A DNA stretch of 64,000 nucleotides, taken from the NCBI GenBank assembly GCA_040954595.2, contig CM082594.2:2374247-2438246 (forward strand), written 5' to 3'. Shown here in pieces: positions 14,401 to 24,400 of the stretch; the first letter of the stretch is position 1, and every line of letters begins with the position of its first letter. Made by a program: the position numbers and the translations under genes. This stretch comes from Balanoglossus misakiensis (Eukaryota; Animalia; Hemichordata). The notes under the pieces were generated by a model. The model was not told the DNA's origin and did no database searches. It saw only the letters and a program-made list of their open reading frames with translations.

Positions 14401-16379
14401 TCCTCTGGAAAGCGTTGACATCTGGATTGAGCTGAAATGATTTTCGTACATTGATGTCCAAGATTAGGGAGGTCACATGAAAAAACTGCTATGCCAAAAA
14501 TTCACATACAAGATCACGTACAGGCTATACAGTGTTTCATCTAGGCTGCGCGATTGCGCGATTCGCGCACTTTGATGTGCTGCACGCCGCCAATCATACA
14601 TAAAAGGGACGAATCATCGCGCACTGGCTGCACTGACCTCAGCTGAGCTGACATGGGCGAAACGCTAGCGTGCGTATCGTATCAAGAGACGTCAGTCACA
14701 CTTCAGTGCATTTGACCTCGGCATTTGACCCATTATCAGCTACTGCTGGCATGGCAACTGACATTGTAGCAAGTACATCCGGACTAATTTTGGTTCGATT
14801 TGGATACTTTTTGTGCTGTTCTCCTTACTGGCGTTCTTCCCTGGTAATATTGAAAGTTGTTCATACAGTATTGCATGTCTTTGCGCTGATTTTTATGGGG
14901 GTGAACGTAATGTGTTGTGTCAGCTTTTGACGTACTCAGCATGCGAGAACTTTGAGTTGCCGAGATACGGAAATGGAAAATCGAAATACTAGTTGAGTAG
15001 TACGGGGAATTGTAAACGCGACGATCAGGAGAAAGTAATTGAACCTCTTGTCGATGCCCAAGACACGCGACGCCAATGGGCGCGGGGCGATCGTCAGGAA
15101 ACCCTCGCGACAACCTAATTCTCCTGTGGTAAATAATCAATGATAAACACTGGGAAATAGTACCGAATCTCGTTAAACTTGCACGCATAGCCGTCACGTT
15201 GCCGGTAAACAAAGCTATTTGCGAGCGAGGGTTCTCTGCACAGAACAATATCAAAACGTGCCTCCGAAACAGAATCGATGAAAACGCGTTGAATCGACTG
15301 ATGACAATCATGGTTGAAGGCCAACAACTTGCTGATTTCGACTTTGATGAAGCACTACGTCATGCCAAAAACAATTCCCAAAAATGATGCCATTTTTTTG
15401 TCAACAGACAGACTCTTGCGCAGTCCACGTGTTCTCATGTTTTGACTACTAGTATTTCATTGTTGTTTATGGTCTTATGACCTGACATTTGATGACCTCA
15501 TTGATCAGAGACCCACTCAGCTTTGCTCAGTGCCAGTAATGCGTGTTTTCATGTAAACACAAGTGACATGATCGCAAGATTAAAGGCTAAATATGTTAAT
15601 GTAAAGGTGTGATTGTATGTTTCAGTAAGTCCCCCCCCAAAATTTAAAAATCCCCCTCAAAAATTCCTGTAGAGGGGGAATAGTCCCCCCCCCCCTACTG
15701 TTGCATCCTAGATGAAACACTGGCTATAGTTTGAGCATCTAAATGAAGCATTACTTTTTTTGAATAGTGAAAATATGACAATTAATAGCCAAGTTATACA
15801 TGATTGAACATGAAACAAGCAACCTAACAGCCAATACTACTCTGCTATTAAGTTTGCAATTTATAAACAAAATTACCACTTCAGAATTAAATGGCCCGTT
15901 TCTTTTGAGTGTTGGGCAAACATTACAGCTGAGCTAAAAGGGCAAATTTGTGTTGCCATAAAAATATAGTAAAACAAAATTTGTCACAAAATTAGATTTC
16001 GATCGTCGTGCCGTAGGGAAGTTCACACCAAAGTTCAAAACAACTGGACACATACATTTTGAAAGACTTGTTTTTACCAAAGTTTGTTGTCAAAACACTG
16101 TAAAATACTTTCAATTATTAGCTTCATGTCTTTGTTGAGAATATGTTTTGTTCAATACAATCAGCTGATTTTTTATTTGGCTATAAAAACACATTAACAC
16201 CTGAAATGTGTATGGCATCATGGGTACATGTAACTGAACAAATGAATGTTCTTGGTACTTACATCTCTGAATTGAACCAGACCTAATTCTCCCAGTTCCG
16301 ATACACATGCATATGCTGCCTCAGACTGTAAGAACAGCTGGGCCAAGGTCATCTCTTCAGACCTATATAGAGACCCCAT
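71..16379 (-). CDS. ATP6V0A1: V-type H+-ATPase V0 subunit a, paralog A (conservative, a1-like); 16 coding exons visible, 3' end lies left of the window
   Basis: Exons in transcript order: 16379-16263 ([39 protein letters not shown]), 14431-14353 ([26 protein letters not shown]), 13576-13479, 12307-12179, 10949-10867, 9884-9758 ([14 protein letters not shown]), 8610-8528, 8313-8220, 7644-7432, 7069-6919 ([22 protein letters not shown]), 6412-6273 (FAVMFGD), 5415-5270, 4864-4777, 2306-2188 (NSFKMK), 932-719, 178-71. All are GT-AG with consistent phases. Probable non-coding first exon ends at 17288. Confidence 0.95.
1165..1521. mobile_element. Palindromic T2/Kolobok-type MITE (AGGGACAAAGTC family)
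   Basis: TTAA-AGGGACAAAGTCTCTCTCTCGCTGCCC...GACTTTGTCCCT-TTAA; the two halves are near mirror images; about 11 copies or fragments in the window. Confidence 0.85.
2526..3511. mobile_element. Non-autonomous Kolobok-like DNA transposon (986 bp)
   Basis: TTAA on both sides; perfect 17-bp TIR GGTAGTTGGAAAGGCTA; RR..YY termini. Confidence 0.8.
3566..3718. mobile_element. Kolobok-type MITE family 2 (AGGTACACAGTCACC)
   Basis: TTAA-AGGTACACAGTCACC...GGTGACCGTATGCCT; related copies at 29210-29392 and, inverted, at about 24304-24485. Confidence 0.75.
4637..4718. mobile_element. Tiny (~82-85 bp) piggyBac-like MITE
   Basis: TTAA-CCCTTTCACC...GGTGAAAGGG; copies at 34291-34375 (inverted) and 51870-51952 (degenerate). 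Confidence 0.65.
5024..5222. mobile_element. AGGGACAAAGTC MITE, truncated copy
   Basis: TTAAAGGGACAAA followed by family core GATACAAGACAC..GGATATATAGTGAATC. Confidence 0.7.
5501..5836. mobile_element. AGGGACAAAGTC MITE
   Basis: Both termini and TTAA flanks present. Confidence 0.85.
6694..6790 (-). mobile_element. tRNA-derived SINE head, degenerate
   Basis: Minus strand reads GGAGGCATCATAGTTCAGTGGTTAGAGC (A box)..GGTTTGAACCCCGG (B box), followed by TGTTGTGTC as in many SINE2 elements; no proper acceptor stem. Confidence 0.6.
7100..7404. mobile_element. piggyBac-like MITE (CCCTAAYGCTGCCAAG family)
   Basis: TTAA-CCC terminus; copies at 8866-9130 (truncated), 10515-10846 and, inverted, 57399-57695. 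Confidence 0.78.
7720..8088. mobile_element. Unclassified TIR element
   Basis: Imperfect ~25-bp TIR AATTCTGGCTGCCTTAAATAGGTTT / AAACCTATTTAAGGTAGGGAGAATT; second copy at about 11350-12131. Confidence 0.65.
8418..8481. repeat. (CA)n microsatellite
   Basis: Seen directly in the sequence. Confidence 0.9.
8866..9130. mobile_element. piggyBac-like MITE, truncated
   Basis: Near-identical to 7100-7404 over about 260 bp. Confidence 0.72.
10515..10846. mobile_element. piggyBac-like MITE
   Basis: TTAA-CCCTAATGCT...AGCATTAGGG. Confidence 0.78.
11350..12131. mobile_element. Second copy of the 7720-8088 element, interrupted by a nested MITE
   Basis: Collinear with 7720-8088 apart from the insertion at 11668-12081. 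Confidence 0.65.
11668..12081. mobile_element. Tc1/mariner-like MITE (CTGTAAAA family) with TA TSD
   Basis: TA-CTGTAAAACATGTTATTTTCGCGAG...CTCGCGAAAATAACATATTTTACAG-TA; shorter relatives at 25734-25941 and 49580-49786. Confidence 0.8.
12371..12711. mobile_element. AGGGACAAAGTC MITE
   Basis: Both termini present; palindromic body. Confidence 0.8.
14530..15722 (+). mobile_element. Internally deleted hAT transposon with a C-terminal dimerization-domain relic; 6-bp TSD
   Basis: TIR CAGTGTTTCATCTAGG / CCTAGATGAAACACTG, with GCTATA on both flanks. 15121-15387 translates as [41 protein letters not shown], a hAT dimerization motif. Confidence 0.85.
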
Positions 16380-17287
16380 TTTGAAGCTTTGATGTGGGCT
16401 GCCTTTTCTTGCTGACCTCTATACCAAATGACCTGTGTATAGAATTCAAAGGTCACACCGACAGAAATTAATTGTCTACTTATGCTACCAGTACATTTTC
16501 TGTTGTATTTCATTATGAACTTAATGACAAATACTTGGTATAGTACAGTACACTACAAAGCATATGTATACATGCACCTCAAGCTTTTACCAGGAATTGT
16601 GTGTGGACGACAAAACCGGATACACAGTATACTATGCAAAACCTCGAGCTACAGTGCTGCAGCTAGATATACATGTTATACACGTCCTGTGTCGTACATT
16701 TCTGCTTATATATCAAACCAAAACCAATCATTGACCAGACAATTATTTGCCAAGGCAATTATCGCTATTTGGAAAGGTCACACTCACAATACCGAAATGC
16801 TTGACTTTTTCTAAAGTGGAATACATAGATTCAATGATTGAAACGTCTGTGGATTTCATGAGGCCCTTGACAAATATAAAAAAGGTATTTCATGAATTGA
16901 ATAATTAATAAGTGTCATTATTTGTAATAAATTTAACAATTGTGGTTTAGAAAAAATTGACGTTGATGCTATTAAGTGTTGAAATGCAAGTGGGTTGCAC
17001 GTTTTATAAACGGACGAGAAAAAATGTATGGTGATACCACAATATCGTCGTGTCACTGTCACTGCTACACGATAATTATATGATCTGGCAAGCTCATTAT
17101 GCCTATGTTTCCATCACGAAGATTACATGATGAGGGTACCTACCACCAGCTACCTCCATCATGATTTCATCAAAACGCCTAACACATGAAGTCATTGACA
17201 GCTTCGAGGACAAAATTATCAAAGAGATGTGATGATTCGGAAATAATTCTATGACTTCCCATATGAACGAATTTGAGTTTTGCTTAC

Positions 17288-17450
17288 CTTACAAGCAAAT
17301 TATAACGTTATAGCCGCCGATGTCTGCAGCCCAGCCTTGTTCTCCTAGCTTTGAAACCAAAATGGCGATGAGAAAACATGTCAGGTGATCAATGACGTCA
17401 TTCTCCGGTGGTCAGCTTCCCTGTCCTTAATCTACCGCTGGGTGGCGCTG
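17288..17450 (-). promoter_or_regulatory. Promoter / 5' UTR exon of V-ATPase paralog A
   Basis: Donor AAG|GTAAGC at 17288; YY1-like CAAAATGGCG, CLEAR-like GTCAGGTGAT, CRE TGACGTCA; CTCF-like CCGCTGGGTGGCGC at 17435-17448. Confidence 0.5.
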
Positions 17451-18342
17451 AAGCGACGGAAGGCTGGTACCCAATCTGATTAAAGGGCTGGTACCTAAAC
17501 TTGCTCCAAGTCCATGGGCTTCATTACGTGTAGGGAACGCGTAGGCTTGGTCGACGATACCCGAAACCACAAGCTCAGTCCCAAATTCGAAACTCACCTC
17601 ACTACCAAAAACACGCTCAAGACAAGCATGCACGCAAAAAGTATTGGAATTAAGACAAAAACACCGAAAAGACAAATAGTATTGAGATTTAAAAATCACC
17701 AAGCGACTGGTGGGCAAGTCTAGCTGGTACCCTGCCTCGGTGACATATCTCAACAAGGGAGAACTGACTACTTTCATTATTGCGTGCGACAGGGACGCAT
17801 TCTGAGTCCCTTTTTTTGTTTTCACATTTAAATGTAAAACCAACAGCTAGCGTCTCCAAAGCATCTTCAGACGGGGCACTCAACACAGAATAACAAATTT
17901 AGACCGCCCCTGGGTCGCACTTAACCACACGTTTGAAACCCCCAATATATAGTGTTGTCGAACGAGTTCATCTCAAATACCGTAAAGCTTTCATGGATGG
18001 TTTGTTTAGAATGCAGCAGATTCACAATTTTCATCCACACATACAAACAATTTTATCATATTGGTATAAACTGTAGCGTTACACCAGATCTGATAAAAAT
18101 CAACCGCGTGCTAGTACATGTATTCGATCGCTTTTGACCGGAAACGGCGGGTATATTGGTAATTCTTCAACATTTTTAAGCCGCTCCGGATCGATTAAAA
18201 GTGACTGTATGAGTTGGCTTAGTTCATTAATTAAAATAATATATTAGCAGTTGACAACATAAATTTCCAGTGTTCCTGTCGATCAATTTGAACGTCGGCA
18301 CAATTCCGTATACATGTTTCATACCACCACCCTCAAGTCTTA

Positions 18343-19473
18343 GGGACCGTTAAGTTTTTACGGCCGGGGGGGGGGGGGGGGCGGCAAGTTTGGGTCATCG
18401 GTTTTCAAAATCAGGCCGACCCCCCCCCCCTTTCACCCAGGACCAAAAAATGATGACCCCCCCATCTGACAGATCCAAAAATATGATGACCCCCCCCCCC
18501 CCCCACGCCGAAAACATTTCCCGTCCTGATCCTATGTACACTGTATGCAATAAAGGGAATGAGGCTCCTCACACCTCAATTATAAATTTCTTAAAATATT
18601 ATTGAATTATGTAATAGTATATCGTTGCAATAAAGAAATTTATGAACAAATTAAAATGACAAGTAGTCAATACAATAGTTGCTAGAATTGGTAAAACAAG
18701 AAAAGTGGGGGGGGCGTGGGAGGGGGTGTCCCCCTCCCACATAAGAAAATTTTGTAAAATACGGTGCTCAAAGTTGCATTTTAATGAACTCAAAAGCAAA
18801 TTAACTCAATGTTAGGGAGGACAAATTTTAATTTTGCCACTCCACTCAAAGTAAGCATCGGGGGTGGGGTGGCAAGAAGTCTGTCCTGGTACACTAGACA
18901 AACCAGCGAATAAATGCAATGTGGCGAAGAATGGAGGGGGTGGATAAGAAAATTGTGTAAAATATGTAGTGCAAAGTTGTATTTTAATGAACTCAAAAGC
19001 AAATTATCTAAATGTTTGGGAGGACCAATTTTACTTTTTGCCACTCCACTCAAAGTTAGAAGATTTGGCGTCATCTTCGTCATGACATCATTTAAAACTT
19101 CTAGTATATAGAAGATGCAGGGCAAAACTATCAGTTATGCGAAATGGTTTAAACGATTATTCTCCTTTATGTATTATCATTGGTGGGGTTGGGGTGGCAA
19201 GCACTCTGCCCTGGTACACTAGACAAACCAGCAAAAAATGAAATGTGGCGGAGAATGAAGGGGTGGGTGTGGGAGGGGTTTTTATTGTAAAATAAAGGGC
19301 GCGAAACTGCAATTTTGTGGACTCAAAAGCAAAAGTTCGGTGGCAAAAGTATGTGACCCCCCCTAAACGTTTAAAAAAACAGATGACCCCCCCTTTCGGA
19401 CTTCAAAATTTAAGTGACCCCCCCCCCCTGGATTTTGCCGCCCCCCCCCCGGCCGTAAAAACTGAACGGTCCA
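18343..19473. mobile_element. PIF/Harbinger-like non-autonomous element with internal tandem subrepeats
   Basis: TIR GGGACCGTTMAGTTTTTACGGCCGGGGG; TTA on the left flank; repeated internal unit TTTTAATGAACTCAAAAGCAAATTA. Truncated copies at about 39440-39968 (inverted) and 44572-45421. Confidence 0.75.
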
Positions 19474-20149
19474 TAGATAAACAAAATAGTTCTGCTGATT
19501 TATCGTTTTTACCACCTTATAATATTAACGTACCAAGCAACTTTACAGACGCCTATGGATGGAAGGGTCGAAAAGTGACCGGGGGTTGATAACAGTAACA
19601 TGTCAAGTTCGAACACTATATCACCAACCGGGTAACTCGACACTTGTCGTTCACCACGAAAATTCAATGAAAACGTCGCACGTGAGTTAACTATATCATC
19701 AAGTTTGTCAATTTATCGGTCGAAAAGAGACTTGTGCTTGAACAATGCCGTTGATGCGCACAAAAATCATGGTTCATAATCAGACCAAAATTACTGAAAA
19801 AGTCATCAAATGTTACGGATAGTGTAACTTAAACCTCATCAAATAAGCAACTCACAATGTCAAATAAATACAAAATAATAAAATTCATATTGAAATAAAA
19901 GGAACAAAATTTTAGTTTATTTGGCATATGTGTAGGGTCTTAGAATTGTGTCCATTTCTGCCACTGGTGGCGCTACACCGCCACCACTCGCAGTTCGCCA
20001 CGACCGAGACTACAGTTTAGCGAGCGACTGGCTTCCTTGTGTTACAATGTTATGCCTCCAGGGTCTATGGTTGTGCCACCTGAACAGAAAACAAAAACGT
20101 AGCACAGTTTAGTACGCGAAATAATGGCCACAATGGCACGAGCGGCAAA

Positions 20150-20321
20150 GACAGACTTTGAAAGTACGCGGGCGCTCTGTGCCCCCGCAAGTTGACCTGA
20201 CCTGACCTGACCCTGAAAAACTTCAGACTGCGATACGGTTGGCATTGGAAGCAAGGTCGCGTCAGGTCGTGAAAGAAGCGGTGTAGAAAGGAGCAATCTC
20301 CCTCATTTCGAGAACTTTAAG
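20150..20321 (+). promoter_or_regulatory. Promoter / 5' UTR exon of V-ATPase paralog B
   Basis: CpG-richer stretch; tandem TGACCTGACCTGACCTGACC; donor AAG|GTAAAG at 20321. Confidence 0.4.
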
Positions 20322-21477
20322 GTAAAGTAATAGTTCATTTTTTATTCACTTGGGCTTAAAACACCAGGCCTTTTTACCTCTAAGTTTTGTGCCAAGATTC
20401 CTCACTGCCAGCTGCGCGGTTTTGGTTTACACGCCCCCGGATATGGGATGATATCATCATCACATGATTTTGTGAAACACTTCACTTGCCATTTATCGTC
20501 GTTTCCTTTTATTTCAACGACAGTTAGAAGTATCCATTATTAATTTGTGGTAGGAGGAAATACCGTTACTTCCCATTTTAGTTATCTTTGTGTTTAGAAA
20601 GAGAAACACTTGGAAACGGCGTGTGTGTGTCGGGGGGGGGGGGGGCGGTCCCAGGATAGTGAGATTGACATTGTCATTGATACGTCAACAGGCACTGCAA
20701 GTACTTGAGAGTGGTGTAAAATACAGTACAAGACGTAAGAAAATTAACACTGAAACAATTTATCATTAACACTGAAACAATTTATCTGGGGAAACTCGGT
20801 TACGTGTATATTTGGGGAGTGGGGAGCGAGGGGGAGGGGTAGTTTCAGTTCTGCTGCTTTCCGGAAACAGAGACTACCCCCCCCCCCCCCCCCCCCCATA
20901 TGCATCTGTATAAATATATCACATCAGACATTCAACCTCCCTTAAATCCCTGCACTGTTTACCTGTTACTTGTTGCATACAACTAAACAAACATTTCTTT
21001 TCTGGTATTAGCTATTATTACCCTGTTCTGCTCCTGGAACTATTTCAACTAGACTAGGTTTACCAAAGTTTATCTGATACACAAAAAGTCAGTCATGCTA
21101 ACACTTGTTGTGCTATTTATTTTCTGGCAGATCTGGAACCGTGTCGGTGAATTCATTTTGAATCTTGAAATTATTTTGTTTGTTACAGCATTAAAATTTT
21201 GAATTATTACTGCATGCTAATTTGTACTTTACAATATGTATGGGCATGATTGCAGTTAGGCTTACCTGTAGCAAAGTAAAAAAAAATTGATGTCATTTTA
21301 TAAATCATTAACTAATTATAAAAGTTCAATAATTATACAAATAAGTGGAAAATTAATTATGGCAACCATAACACCATCATAATGTTGCAAGCTTGTTATC
21401 TGTAGTCAGACTGATACATTAACTTTGATGTGGTATAATAATTCATTTCAGGTTTCCTGTTGAGGTCCATCAACATC

Positions 21478-24400
21478 ATGGGTTCTAATTCTTTTTTGCG
21501 AAGTGAAGAGATGACCTTGGCCCAGCTGTTCTTACAGTCTGAGGCAGCATATGCATGTGTGTCAGAACTGGGAGAATTAGGTCTGGTTCAATTCAGAGAT
21601 GTAAGTAGAAGACCATTCAGTTACATGTATATGTAAACCTCAATCTGGTTAAAATCAGATGTTCTGTTCTCTGTCTTTGTCTTGGCTGTTCTGGGCGTAC
21701 GCGCCACACACTACATCAGAACCTATGCCCTAGAAGATCTTGTTTTGGTGACTGGATCCATTCTACCAATCATAGAGCAGCTTTCACGGCACTTGGAACT
21801 GGCTTCCATTGTTCAAGTTCATTGTTTTTCCATACCTCCAGTTTTCTTCTCTAACAACCGCTCTCATTGGCTTGAGAAAGCGCGAGATTTAAACGAGATC
21901 TCCTGTGGCATATGTTCAGATGTAGTGTGGGCGTCCCTTCTAAACAGAACAGCCAAGAATCAGCAAAGGTAAAGACGGCGCCCAACACTACATCTGATTT
22001 TAATCAGATTGATCTTAACCACAACACGTTTTAACCCTTTTACCACTATCAGTGCTGCTTACTAGCTGAAACCCTGTACAAGAAAAATTTGTATCTTGTT
22101 CCATGTTTGTAAAATGTATTGTTGACTTGTTTTTCTCTTTCCCTCACAGCTCAATCCAGATATCAATGCCTTCCAGAGGAAGTTTGTTAATGAAGTTAGA
22201 CGCTGTGATGAAATGGAGAGAAAACTGCGTAAGTGACAGATTGAGTGACTCTCTGTTTTGTAGCCTCAAGTATGCAATTTCTTTAGAAAAAAGTGGCAAG
22301 CTTTATAGATTGAGTCATTCAGTCCCGTCCATGCATCGTTAACCAGTGATTTCTCTGGATTTGTGAAGCAATTTTTAACAAGTTGGCATACATTGTAAGT
22401 ATAGAGACCTGCTTGCTTTCACAAAAAAATCCAAATTGGCAACCAAAAATTTGGATATCAGGAATAAAAAATATTTCTGTCACTTCAAAATAGCATTGTC
22501 AATTTTATGAACTTCATTGACAGGATTCCTGGAAAAGGAAATCAAGAAATCAGAAATCAGAATTGTTGAGACAGATGACAACCCTCCTGCACCACCACCA
22601 AGAGAAATGATTAATTTAGAGGTGAGAATATTTTGAGTTCCTCTTTGCTGTTATGAATATGCAAATAGAAGCTGAGCTGTGCATAAAGGTAGAAAATGCG
22701 TGTGTATGTTTGTATGTGTGTATCATCTAAGTAAGGGTATCTGGAGAAATGTCACACATCAGGAGACTAAACAGAAATTGTTATGTACAGTGTCCTGATA
22801 AGTGACGTTTCTCCAGCTACCCTTACTTTATATTCCGCTCAACTTTAGTATCAAGCACTTTGTATCGGACGGTATGTATGTTGAGAACATTACACTACTA
22901 GTATATTGCACAACCATAGAAGAGATGGTCACTGCTATCAATGGGCATGTGCAACCAGTCAGAACCAGACATTATTGCAACACTCCAGCATTTCAATCTG
23001 TTCAACACTTTATTGTTTGATGATTGCTGTTTCACATAATGTTTCCTATCAAGTGATCGAACAAATTGAATCTGATCTTGTTTATAACCAAACAACTAGC
23101 TGCAGTCAAGTGGAGGTTATCCATGCTATAAGGAGAACACAGCTGGACAAGAAGTCTCAGACAACTCTCTCCAGGTCTTGACTGCGCTTCCTTCATCCCA
23201 AGACTTGCCTTTTTGGAGCAATGTGTCAGCTATGTAATGCATTGTCAAAAAACAATGATGAAATTTTATTTTTTTAATTTTTTTTTACACACAGGCAACA
23301 TTTGAAAAGCTTGAAAATGAAATGAAAGAAGTACTGGTTAATCAAGAAACACTGAAGAGGAATTTCCAGGAATTGACAGAACTCAGCCATGTCTTGATTA
23401 AAACGAGACATTTCTTTGAAGAGGTAAGATGTCTTAAAGGTGGGTGGTTGTCTGGCGGCATTTGTTTGTTTGTATAAATCATCAAATCCCTGGAAATAGA
23501 TAATTCTCAGAATGAACGAAGCAGCCAACCGTAGAGCATAGACTGGGCATAACAGCAACTGAAGATCCTAGTAGGTCGTGGCAACTGCAGTGGAGTTTGC
23601 GCTGGTATGGGAGGTCATATTCTCATTAAGGGGGGACACCCACGCGGCGCGACGACCACTTCCCTTTAAAAACTGTAGAATATGTTGCACTGATACAGCA
23701 GAGACTAAGAGAGTGCAACCCAAATGTTATCTTTCTGTTGTGGATGCAGTGATATATAAGAGATAACATGGTGAGGGAATATCCATGCACAAATTAGTTT
23801 AGGTATACGTTTGTTTCTACAATGATGTATTGCCGTTATTTCACAGGTTGAAGTTCAAAGTCGACAGATACAGTTTGGAGTGCATCATACAGAAGAAGGT
23901 CTCCGTGCAGATACACTTGGACTTGGGTAAGTACATGTACATGTAAGGTGGGCACTACTCAAAATGAGAAAAAAATGCCATTTTCATATTTAACACATTT
24001 TATTTTGTGTCCCACATCAATTTCAGAACCCTATATTCATTCTGACATTCTGGTGATGTTGGTTTGAGACAACCAAAATGGGGGGGGGGGGGGGGGGGGG
24101 GGGGGGGAATGTTCATTTTTGATATCTCTAGTATATTAAAGAACACTTGACCTCAAAAGCCATCCTTGTAATCTTCTTCTGTCTTCATGCTGTTCTCAAG
24201 ATTGACCAATCAATCAATCAATCTATACAAATTAATAAAAAGGGAAATATTTCATAGTAACTGTATTGAACAATTGAATGTGTTTAATTGTTAATTACTC
24301 AAAAAGTATATGGTCACCTATTGAAATTTAGCTACAGTTACCATGGCAATTTGATATCTAGCCAATCAGAGATTTTGAGTGGGTGGCGCACACGAAAAAA

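Noticed and set aside
14784-15311. 175-aa minus-strand ORF as a gene
   Set aside because: Antisense shadow of the hAT relic; no recognisable domain.
17427-17886. ORFs between the two V-ATPase genes as a small third gene
   Set aside because: No recognisable motif or convincing splice structure, and non-ATG starts; cannot be supported without RNA data.
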